From NCBI GenBank assembly GCA_003427395.1, contig BFEA01000014.1, positions 2,983,663 through 3,047,662 of the forward strand: 64,000 bases of DNA. The letters run 5' to 3'. Position numbers and translations under genes: made by a program. Shown piece by piece: positions 10,527-21,437 of this stretch (position 1 is its first letter; each line of letters opens with the position of its first letter). Source of the DNA: Chara braunii. Lineage: Eukaryota > Plantae > Charophyceae. The notes under the pieces were generated by a model. It was not told where the DNA came from and did no database searches. It saw nothing but the letters and a program-made list of their open reading frames with translations.

Positions 10527-13500
10527 ATGATGATATCTTCTTCCGACCAAAACTGGTTTGGTTTGATTTTTAATATTTGTAGGTCTCTAATTGTTGCCAC
10601 ATTCATCCATTTCAGCTATGTCGTTTCAACAATTCTGAATTTTATAAATATGTCATTTTCAGCGATTCTTTCTGGACCTGCTGGCAGAGTGGGGGTGATC
10701 CATCCCCCCGCCAGGAAGTATTCCTTAGCTACCTTTAGGATTTCTGATCTCAGCGAGGGTGTGTGCAACCCTTGTAAGGTTATCTCGCCATAGTGTGATG
10801 GGAGGGTTGCAGAGAGTCCGGCTTCCCATTCTCCATTTCTAATTCTGACTGGGAGAAGGAATATTCCATTTTTAGACAGAGGGGACTGAGCTAGAGGTCT
10901 GGAAAGGAAAAAATTCAGTTTCTGTCTTTTGCTGGTGGATTCAAGCAATGCTAAGGTACTCCTTGACAATTGGCGTAGTTGAGTAACGTGCTTCTTGAGT
11001 GATTTCATTTTCTCTGCAGGAAGGTCAATTTCATCGTTTAGATCCTGTGTAAGGTCTATTAAGTCTGTGACCTCAGCCTTTTCATTAATCACTCCATCAT
11101 TAGCGATTTTAACCCCATCCTCCGTATTCTCGGTTTCGCTATAGTCCTCTCTATGGGGGAATGTAAGATCAACTTCTTCTAAAAGTGAGGACCTTCTAGC
11201 CATTTTTTGTGATGGGGAAGAATTCAACTGAATTTTTTTTTTCCCCCCCAGTTATCCAGGATGATATCTCAATTAACTTTTATTTTTATGTGTGCCCGAT
11301 TTTGGTTCTCCGGACTCAGAATAGCCTCCTTTCCAGGTGGATCTTGTTGATGTCTGGAGAACGCCACGATGGTGGTGAGTGTCTCGTCTTTTTTTTGACA
11401 GTCGAAGCAATCCTATTGGCCCTCCTTAGCTGCTGGGGAGTCTGAGCTCTGAGGGATTAAAGCAATACTAGTAGTCCCACTAGCAACTGGGCTTTCTGGG
11501 ATATCCTGTTGGCCCTCCTTAGCTGTTGGGGAGTCAGAGTTCTGAGGGAATAGAGCAATACTAGTAGTCCCACCAACAACTGGGATTTCTGGGATTCTGC
11601 TTGTTGGAAGGGAACCAAATCCATGTTGAAGTTGCTATTTGGGAGTGGTAGCCGAGGGGCCGTTGGTTCCTGTGGGCCATCCGTCCCACCAATACTATGC
11701 GAGAGTTCAACCTGGGCTGGTTTTTTCCCGTGCAGGTCCGAATCTTCAGGATCAATGATTCGGTCCGAGTCGACGGTTCCTTTTTTTTTTTTTTTTCCTT
11801 TTCTTTCTTTATTGTTGTTGTTGTTGTTTTTCTTTTTTATGAGAACATTCTTTCTGGGGGTAAGAACCAAGTGCTTCAACATTTTTATTCGCTGTGGCGC
11901 TTCCCTCGGTCTAGCTGTGATAGAGTCCCATTTAAATCGCACAGACTGTTTGGACTCGATCTTTATTTGGCCGGGATGCCGCCTCGCCAGTTCTTTTATT
12001 CTCTTTGAACCTCTTATGAGCCTGGTTTCCATGTACGTGTCCCTGTCCAATTCGTCTTTCCCCTTGCATTGCTCTAGGCTCGCAACCACTGTCTGTGCCT
12101 GGTGTTTGTCGCATGAAATTCTTTCTAACACAATGTGGAGAATTTTGTTACACATAGCGGGCCAATCAGCGTTTTTTGGGGGGCCAAACTGGAGGATCAT
12201 CTTCAAACTATCACTCTGTGTTAAAAGGGAGGATGTTTGTTGATGAATCAGCGACCAATCAAGTTTTGTATCCTGTGCCAGTTTGAATTTCATATTTGTT
12301 GTAACCCGCATGGACATCCTATCCAGACTGGACTTCAGTTCAAATAATGAATCTCCTCCTTCTTTGTTGACGCCCATAACAGCGAAGGGTGAGGGTGCTA
12401 CAGGAGCTGTTTCTACTTCCATCAGTTCCGGAGAGAACGCTTCTATAAGCTGATCTATTTTCATGCAATCATTGCGGTCTTTGTATGAACCCTCACCTTC
12501 CATATTCTGTAATTGGAGGGGGCCTTTAATTTCTTCCAATTGCGTTGATTGAATCTGCAACACCTCTGCAAACTTTTCCTGAGGAGACTGATTTGATTGA
12601 TATAATTGTTGCGATAGGGCCATTGAGATTGACTGTTGGGATTCGTTTTGTGACTTTCTCTTTACCTCTTTCCATTCTAGGTTGCCCCTTTGCTTTTTTT
12701 TTTTTAAGTAAACCTCGGGACGTCGAGTGATCGTCCTCAACATCTCTAGATGCTCTCTTTGGCTGTTCAGAATGAATTTGTTGCTTCTGGGGTTCTTGGT
12801 TACCTTGTTTGGATCGGTCCTGTAGGTTTTGCTGGTTCTGATGTTCTTGACCCCCCTGGTTTGACTTGCCTTGTCTGTTCAGAGGTTGGTGCTTCAGGTT
12901 GTTGTTATTCCCTTGCCTACCCTGATTACCCAGTGGGGGTTGATGAGTCTTGTTTTGCAAGTTCTGGTGCTTGATATGCTGTGGGACCCAGTCTGCTGGG
13001 GGACGAGGAGTTTTTCGGTGGTCGTTTCTTCCTTCCCAGAACCAGCCTATCATTGTTCCCACTGAATTGGTTTCATCACTAAACACCCATCCCTCGTGTC
13101 CTGGTACCCCTGGGGTCCAACGGTGAGGTCGTTGTGGATCTTTGTTCAGTCTGTATTCCGTGGGCATTATGTGTTGTGGATGCATAGGGCATGCGAACTC
13201 TGTACTTAAGTGGCCATATGCTCTGCATTTAAAGCACCAGGGTCTGAATTTATGAGCTGTATGTATTTGGTCGATTCTTCCCCCCAACTTATATGGAATT
13301 ATATCATCCAGAGAAAAAAACTTTTCCCTTCTGTAAATCCAAGGCGAGCATAAGGTAGTCGTCCCGTTTGGCTACATGCGACGGGAGCGGGTCGATAAAG
13401 TCAACGATTTTAAACTGTTCACCAAAGTCGTGCACAAACGCAGCCTGCACCTCAATCGGAATATGCCTGATTTCTACCCAATAAAATTCTTTCATGAGCT

Positions 13501-14662
13501 GTTCTTTTTTTTCTTCTGGACTGACTTTTTTTGGCGTCCACGGGTAGATCCTCACGTGGGATGAATCCCAGAATAATGTTTTCCAGCTATCTATTGTCTT
13601 TTTGTCGTTCTCGAAGAGACAAAGAACCGTAAAGACAGTTGAGGAGATGGGCTGAATGAGAAAGAATTTCGTGACTGCTTCTGTACTACCCTTCATTCGC
13701 TCCAGTTGCTTGCATATCCACTTTATCTTATCATTGGTGGATCTATTTGCACTGTCATTGTAAAAAATCCAGTTACTTGCATGCTTTGTGTACATGGAGT
13801 CTCTCTGTGGGATTTTCTCTGTTGGGTAGAATTTCATGAGCGTTTTCCTCCCCCCCTGATCAATCACTTTCTGTTCTGAGGGTTGAAGAAAAAGGGTGAG
13901 GAAGTAGGCTCTTGCTGAAGAGGGGTTCCTAAGGGGTATCCTTAGTTCTTCAGGCTGGGCACCCTGCTGGTCCAAGGCCGGTCTGGTAACATTTAACGTT
14001 TTGTCCTAAAGCGTTGTCCTGATTCTCTGTGCCCATGTCCCCCTTGCAGAGGGCTTAGCTTTCTCAGATTTGCATTGATTGGTTCCTTTATTCTTCAAAA
14101 ATTGTTCCAGATACTTTTCCTCCTCAGTAAGAATTTCTTCTTGATCCTCTTATTGCGTTTCCTTCACCTCCATCCGTGTTTCATTGTCTGGCGTGCTTCC
14201 TTCACTTGGTTCGTTTTCCTCCATGACTGTTTCGTTCCATGGTGTCTCCGTGTTCTTCTGCAGTGAAAGGTGCACCGGGTGGGGTGGGACAGAGAGAGGG
14301 GGGTGTCCCTGTTGTGGCATAATTCCCCTGGTCGCCCCCAGGGGAGATGAGAGTTGTCTCTCTCGATTCCCGAGGGGGGGGAACTGGGATTGGTACGTGT
14401 AATGGGAGGGGGAGCAGTCCAACGATTTTTGGGGCGATGTTTGAGCCAACCACTTTGCTGTGTTCCTGGATTTCCATACGCTGTCATTGTGGTTGCTGCC
14501 AGACGATGATCTGTGATGCATTGGTGGTTGAGACGGCCTGGCATATGGAATAGATCCCAATTGCCTGAAAAGATTGTGTCTCATAGCCCCTTGATAAAAC
14601 AGGAGGGAATCCTGGCCCCTCATTCTCTTGGACGTCATTTTGAGAATTTTTGTTTGAAACAC
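10527..14662 (-). pseudogene. LINE-A ORF1 (fragmented; CCHC-type zinc knuckle)
   Basis: ORF pieces 14150-14662, 13304-13975, 12526-13287 (WCFKCRAYGHLSTEFAC), 11457-12743, 10616-11227; homologous to 21432-22058. Start position uncertain. Confidence 0.8.
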
Positions 14663-15339
14663 TTGTTCTAGGAGAGCTGACGACTGGATGGAGAGAAACA
14701 GTCGATGTGAGGATCAGGATTTTGAAGGTTTGAGGGGTGGAATGTAGGGAACGATGTGAAAACTGTTGGTAGGGTTGGGTGACTACCTTTTGGTAAGACT
14801 GGGGGTGAGATTGAGGGTTGGTTGGGGAAACTATGTAGGGGGGAGAGGTATGGGGGCAGGAGATAGAGTAATGTGTGTGATAATTGATATCAGTAGTGGG
14901 TATGACTGATAGAGGCAGCTAGGGGAAGTGGACAGTAGAGGGTGAATGTGGAGGTGGGGGCTCAGACGAGGGTGTTTGAGAGTAAGATAAGAGGTCAGTA
15001 TCGCCAGCCGCTCCTAAAAGGCCAATGTTAAACATGAAGGCTTGATGCCCTAATCCCTGCAACGGATTAATCGATCATTTGACGCGTTTGCTTGCTTCGT
15101 TCACTAAAAGTTGGTGGAGGATTGGTTTGATAAACGATTGATTGATTTGTTAATGCCAGAGTGATTAATTGGATAATTGGAAATTCCGTGAGTTTAACTT
15201 ACTGATTCGACATTAGTTGTTGGAGAAAGTAGGGAGGTTTATTTTTGATCTTCTTCTGGCTGGGTATGAGAAATGGGATGGGGGGGGGGGGAAGGGGGGC
15301 AAGGGCCTCAAAGGGGGGGGGGGGGGGGGNTGGTTAGAG

Positions 15340-15870
15340 TGGAGGGTGTGATGCTCTCACCCCCTAGATCAAGCAGCCGTGCTTGTGATGTTGTCGAAGC
15401 TCGTAACTGAACAGGGATACTTCCTTGCTTGGAGAACGTGATGCTCTCCCTTGTGGACGGATAGGCCGGGACTTATGTCGTTGCCGATGCTCCAATTAAC
15501 CAAAGCCCCCACTCCTCTCGACTCCTCTCAATGAGAGGGGGGTGGCTGGGTTGGAGAACGTGGTGCTTACACCCCCTGGACCAGGAGGCTGTTCATATGG
15601 TACTGACGATGCTCCTGATAACCAATGCCACCTCCACGCTTGGAGGGTGAGATGCACTTCCTCCTGAATGAAGAAGCCGTACTTGTAACGCTCACTGATC
15701 TATCACTCTCTTCCCCTACAGTTGAAACTCCTGATAACCAATTCCCCTATATTTGAAAATCTCCTGATAACCAATGACACCTCCACTCATAGAGGGTGAC
15801 ATGCACTTCCACCTGAATGAAGAAGCCGTACTTGTATCACTCACTGATCTGTCACTCTCTTTCTCCTATA
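15340..15870 (-). repeat. Degenerate tandem monomers in the LINE-A 5'UTR
   Basis: Recurring ggagggtgNNatgc / ggagaacgtgNtgc and ctcctgataaccaat units of roughly 80-140 bp. Confidence 0.7.
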
Positions 15871-16226
15871 GAGGAAGAAAAAGAAAATTTGTGGTTGATA
15901 TCCGCCCTCGAGGCGTGGTGTAACTTGGTGAGAAACCGCGGACAACCTCCTTCCTGACTATATGCTCTAATTATTCTGTCCGCGGTTGTCCCCAAGTCAC
16001 ACCAAGGGGGAACAGAATAATTAGAGCATATAGTCAGGAAGGAGGTTGTCCGCGGTTTCTCACCAAGTTACACCACGCCTCGAGGGCGGATATCAACCAC
16101 AAAATTTCTTTTTCTTCCTCTATAGGAGAAGGAGAGTGACAGATCAGTGAGTGATACAAGTACGGCTTCTTCATTCAGGTGGAAGTGCATCTCACCCTCT
16201 ATGAGTGGAGGTGTCATTGGTTATCA
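15765..16226. repeat. Long inverted repeat (215-bp arms, 32-bp spacer) at the LINE-A 5' end
   Basis: 15765-15979 is the reverse complement of 16012-16226, with about three mismatches seen. Confidence 0.95.
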
Positions 16227-17123
16227 CTTCTTTTTCTTTTTTTTTTTTCAAAACCACCAGTTCTTGGCCCTGCTATCGGGCCGCGAAGAAAAAAAAAAGA
16301 AAAAAAAAGAGTAGAAACGTTTCTACTATCTAGTCGAATGAATTTGGGCGCTCCTGTAGTGGCCCGTACGTTTCCTAAAGTAACGTTGTGGCTTGTTACG
16401 GGGCATGTACTGGTGGTTTAACATCATCAAAGCTAGATTTTTCTCTCAAAGGAGTGACTTTTCAGGTGGGATGCTGGAACTGGTCTTAAAACTTTTAACC
16501 CCACCAGTACACCCAAGCCTCTTTTGTACGCGGCGGATTCCCACTGCGCGCCAAGCTTTGGCGAAATGCCAGCGCGGCGTTTTTGTTTTTTGGCTGGCGT
16601 GCACCACAAGCCATTTTGGTCCGTTTGCCCCGAGCCTCTGATTTTTTTTGAGAGGCTCAGTCGTGATTCTCAACTTGGCTGGGGGCATGTCACGGTACTG
16701 GTGGCGCTGGGTTCTGGCTCCAGTCCCGGTGAGTACCAACCAACCTGGAATGCAGAAAGGAGGCTTCGTGGAGAATACTATGTTTCAGATTGGCAGGCAG
16801 GCGATTCTCCGGGTACCATGGTGGCAGTGGTGTGCCCTGGCGATGGAGGGGGTGCGGGTGGAGGGAGACGAGAGTGGAGGTACTACATTCGACTCCAGGT
16901 CACACGAGAGTGGCTCACTCCCACTCCCCCAGTCGTACCTCAGTGTCTACCACTGAGGATCATTACGCTTCTACCATTTTGGTAGGGTGACCTAACCAGA
17001 AGTTATTGGTTGCAGGCACCAGGGCTTAGAAGGAAGCCCCGCTCAGCCCTGCCAGTGGTTGAAGCACGGTCGAAAAAGGTCATGCCGTACGCCGGGCACA
17101 GACCTATGTTTCTTTTTCTTTTT

Positions 17124-17562
17124 GGGGTAACTGCGGAGCAGTCAGGAAAGCAGTTTCTAATTGCATTTGAAAGTTGAAACTCCGTTTTCGCAGTTTAGTC
17201 AGGGCCCGAGTTTCAAATGCAGTTTAAACTCGGGCTGGCCTTTTTTAGCAGTTCAGTCAGTGGCCATTTGTTTTTTACTTTTAATTCTTGGGCGTGGCCC
17301 AGTCATGGCCCTGCCACATGACGAGATGCCTTTTTTTTTCTTTTTTTTCTTTTGTAATCACCTCAGACGTGGCCGGACATCTTGGCTGTGGGGGGGAGGA
17401 GGGAAAAAAAAAAAAAACTGGCCATGTGCCTGACTGAACTGCTAAAAAAGGGCAGCAGGAGTTTTTTCAAGTGCATTTCAAACTCCGGCCCTGACTGAAC
17501 CGCTGAAACCGAGTTAGAAATGCATTTAGAAACTGTAACCCTGACTGCGACGTAATTTTCTC
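17124..17562. mobile_element. MITE with ~140-bp TIRs (Mutator-like)
   Basis: gcagtcagg...ttttttagcagttcagtcag versus ctgactgaactgctaaaaaa...cctgactgc; T-rich flanks on both sides. Confidence 0.75.
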
Positions 17563-17699
17563 TCTTTTTTTTAACACGGAAAACCAGCTGGGGTTACCGT
17601 GAGGAGTGATATGAGCATCTCCCTGTAGTAGCCCTTCTGCCAGTTGCCCCAGTCTATTAGTGGGGGGCGACACTTGCTGGAAAGCGGCTCCAGCGTCCC
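17563..17699 (-). mobile_element. Divergent LINE 3'-terminal module copy with compensatory changes
   Basis: Minus strand: gggacgctggagccgctttccagcaagtgtcgccccccactaatagactggggc...ggagatgctcatatcactcc...A-run. Confidence 0.85.
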
Positions 17700-18416
17700 T
17701 TTGCCACTGATGTGGGCCTTGTGAGTCACAGTGGATCATGCCTGCCCTACTGAAGAAGGGTCACACAAGAATCCCCGCTCAAGTCCTCCCACCAAGTTCA
17801 GTTCTTCAGTAAACCAGGGGCAATAAATTTTGGCTGGGACCAAAGGTATCAATGCTGCACACAGAGTGACCAGTAAAGCCTAAAGGTAGACTGAGACAAC
17901 AAGGGGCTGAGAACAGTCAATCTGTTACCAATTCTTTTTTTTTTTTTGAAATAATGGCGGACGCGGCATGTTTTGAAACCCTAAAGGCAAAAAAAACGCG
18001 TGCCGGCAAAGAAACAACGCGCCAACTCCAAATGAGCGAGTTCGGTCCTTTTTTTTTTTTTTTACTTAGGAGATGACTACGACAGACTTCAGGGATAAGC
18101 AGGAGTCAAAAAACGACTCAGAAAATCCCCCAGTCAATCCTCTTTACCTCAGTCGGGCAAGACTTGCTGCAGCAGAGCCACCATCTCCGCTGCTGCTATA
18201 CCCTATTCTTCGGTCCAAAAGTATCCGTTGGGCATTTTCTTTTTTTTTTGTTTCCCCCTCAGACACCATGGCCGACCCCTGTAAATATGACACCCGGTCT
18301 GACACCCGACGGCAGTCGGTACTGCCATTGCCTTTTCAAACTCTTTGCAGTTTCTTTGCCGACTCGTGTTTTTTTTGCCCATTCGATACTCAAAGATGAC
18401 ATGAACATACTTACCC

Positions 18417-19173
18417 CTTTCTTTTTTTCCAGAAAGCAACCCGAGGTAATGCTAGGGGTGCTGGTAAGAGCAGACAGCACTGGCATCATCGGGGAGGCTC
18501 CATCTATTGGTGGGGAGCAGCACCTGCCGGAAACCGGGCCCTGCATCCCTTTGTACATACAAAACAAGTTGCATGTTTGCCTTTGTTGTCCGCTGTACTG
18601 CATGTCTGATGAGGCTGTGTATGCAGATCCCATGGGTAGAGAGCAAACCCCCTCCCACTGAAAAGTCCAGCCCCACAGTCACCAGCCATGAGCCCTATGT
18701 GATTCTGTTGTTGACGGCAGGCTAACTAAAATAAAATTAAAAATAATAATAATAATATTATAATAATAATAAAAACTACTTTAAATTTGTGCTCGTTTTG
18801 CTATGATAATAGCATCCTACGCCACTGTGCTGTTTCCTGCATGTGCCATACAACCTCAGAATAGAGCAATAGTAGGTGTCTGTTGTCGTTGGTTGTCCAC
18901 TGTTGTTGTCCTCCGCCTTCCCCAGTGTTCTGTGGTTCCCTGCATGGCCCCTGTATCGGAGGAGAACCCATATTTGTTCAAATGAGTATGTTGTCGCCAT
19001 TGTCCTCCCGTTGGGTATTTGCAGCGTTGGCAGGCACATTGCTTGCCTTGGATGGCCAGGTGCCGGTGAGGGTGGAGGGGTTTGGTGGGAGAGAATGTGG
19101 GAGGGATGGTGTGGGAGGCGGTACGCCCGGTGGAAGCGGAGGGGGTTGCGGTGGGGTGACAGGTGGAGGCCCN

Positions 19174-19267
<94 letters not shown>

Positions 19268-19595
19268 CTGCAAGGGGCTGTGACGGCAGGCGAGGGGTCC
19301 AGGGCGGGGAGGGAGAGGAAGGGGGAGAGGGCGCAACACTCGGTGCCTGTGAGGGCTGCCCGTTTGTCGGATGGAGGTCAGTCAGTGCCATGGCCGGTTG
19401 TCCCCGCAGCGGGGTGTGGAAACAATCCATTGTCCTATAGGTCCAGGTGCTGTCCTCTGCTGCCCAGTTCTTCCACTGGACTTTTCCGTTTTCGTGGACC
19501 TCTACTAGCCGGCAATGGGGGTCTAGCCAACGCCCTCTAAACTTTAAGGTCTTGATGGCTGGTTCTCTCACCTCTCTTTGGGGCATGCTGGTCAA
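18417..19595 (-). mobile_element. 5'-truncated LINE: ORF2 C-terminal tail, poly(C) 3'UTR, terminal module
   Basis: WLDPHCRLVEV...VQWKNW resembles LWQDPHHRFFVL...IPWKQW at ~29410-29480; G-run 19174-19265; module at 18417-18549. Confidence 0.6.
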
Positions 19596-19634
19596 TATCC
19601 TCAGTCAGTTTCTGACTGGATTTCAGGATGTGTT

Positions 19635-20203
19635 TCCAATTCTCTCAGTAGCAGCCATGGGATCTGTGTATACTATCACTTACATTAGGCTGTGACTTAG
19701 GCAAGCAATTAGGGCTGCTGTGTACCTCTCCCTGCCAAATTTCATTCTTTGTAGGTGGGCCCTGCGCCTTGCTCTCATTACAAGAACATGTCTGTTCCAG
19801 CAAACAACTACGACAACAAGAGGCTGTTTGCTGGATGAATGGGGTGTAGCAGAACTTTACTTAGAATCTGTTTCCAAATCCAGATTCTTCGAGTAGCAGC
19901 CATGAGATCTGTGAATACTGTTACTTACCTTACTAGGCTGTCATGTAGGCAAGCAACTCGGCTGCTGTGCAGTTCTAACTGCCAAACTTCATTCTTTGTA
20001 GGTGAGCCCAGAAGCTTGCTGTCATTACAATTAGTACATGTCTGTTCAAAAAATAACTACAATGTTCAGGGACACTGGGCCCACTTTCCAGCAGGTGCTG
20101 CTCCTTGCCAATAGATAGAGCCTCCCCGGGTGTGCTAGTGGTGCCTGCTCTTATCAGCACCCCTAGCATCCTCTCGGTTTGTTCTCTTTGAAAAGAAAAA
20201 AAA
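19635..20203 (+). mobile_element. 3'UTR with a ~165-bp duplicated segment, ending in the terminal module
   Basis: 19635-19800 resembles 19880-20048; module at 20068-20170 followed by A-rich tail. Confidence 0.7.
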
Positions 20204-20939
20204 GTGACGATCATGCCCGCCTTGTTTGTCCTCTACCAGATTGAACAGTTTCACTTTCTGACCCTTCAGGTATCTTTAAAAAAAAAGGAAAAAAAAAAAA
20301 AAAAGGTATCAGTTCCAAATTTTGCTCTGCCCAGACCCTGTTTCCTGTGTCCCGTCTGCCGTGGCCGCTGTTTCTGCGAAGGTTTGGTCTCATCTGTGGC
20401 CGTGTGGCTGATCCGCCACTTCTCCGGATGTACTCTGTTGTGGGGAAGGCCCCACCCTGAACCAAGGCTCTCTGTCTTGCTGGATTTCTGCCTTCCGTCG
20501 TCGAGGGGGGTGGAGTATGCATTTATCCTCTTTTCTCCAGTACGTCTTCGTCCTGGTTCCCCTGGGCCCCCATTCCCCCAGGGTCCAACTTTATTACCTG
20601 GTCCCCTTCCCTTGGATCTGAATTTGTTTTGCGGCAGTCTGCTGATCGGGTTGATGTTGCTGTAACCTGGCGTGTGCTGCACTCCATCTGACAGTGTCTC
20701 TTCAAGCACAAACCTGGCTCCGTTCGTGGTGCCACATTTGGTTGCTTCTCCCTCCCATTCCTGCTTTTTCTTGGGCTGTAACCTGGCGTGTGCTGCAGTC
20801 CATGCTGGCGCGAAGAGATACTGATAGGCAGTTGGCCGTGACTTCTGACTCCCTGGGCCCCTGTTCCCAGGGCGTCCATTTGTTACCCTTTCCCTTCACT
20901 GTGCTCAGGCTTCGTGTTGCTAGAGTCTTTTTTGGGGGG

Positions 20940-21437
20940 CCCAACAGCTCGTGGGTCACACCCGTCGTTTGAAATAGGCATCTTTAAACAGGGCAAAAAA
21001 AGCCGCCGCTAAATCTGCATTCGCGCCACTTCAAGAAAACGGCTGCAGTTTTAACCCCCTGCTAAACTTGCACATTTGGAAACTCAGACAATGCCATGGG
21101 CACCACTTTGTCTTTTCTTGTAGCCATTTCAAACTTTTTTTTTCTTTTTTTTTTTTCTTTTTTTTTGTAGCCATTTCAAACTAAAATGGTGACTCAGGAG
21201 CAATTTCCCCTTTCCCCTCTTTTTGGCGAAACTGCTCCTGAGTCAGCTTTTTGGTTTGAAATGGCTACAAGAAAAGACAAAGTGGCGCCAATGTCATCGT
21301 TTGAGTTTCAGAATGTGCAAGTTTAGCGGGGGGTTGAAACTGCGGCCATTCTTTTTAAAGTGGCGTGAATGCAGATATAGTGGCAGCTTTTTTTGCCCTG
21401 TTTCAAGAGCTGCTAAAGTTGCCGATTCAAAATGCTG
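20940..21437. mobile_element. Two copies of the Mutator-like TIR abutting end to end (palindrome)
   Basis: 20940-21210 is inverted relative to 21225-21437; same family as 3421-3670. Confidence 0.75.

Larger units (their letters stand above)
4314..16010 (-). mobile_element. Near-full-length L1/Tx1-clade non-LTR retrotransposon (LINE-A), inactivated
   Basis: On minus strand in order: repeat-containing 5'UTR, ORF1 with zinc knuckle, APE endonuclease, RT, C-terminal Cys/His region, 3'UTR, terminal module, poly(A) (T-run 4314-4332). Several stops and frameshifts. Confidence 0.93.

Noticed and set aside
15340-15870. CRISPR-like array
   Set aside because: Degenerate, irregular repeats without unique spacers; eukaryotic context; no cas genes.
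18942-18985. gcatggcccctg match to U6
   Set aside because: Only 12 exact nt with weak similarity downstream and none upstream; cannot be distinguished from chance.
18776-19595. Poly-Pro/poly-Gly ORFs as extensin- or formin-like genes
   Set aside because: They derive from a G homopolymer within a probable LINE 3'UTR.
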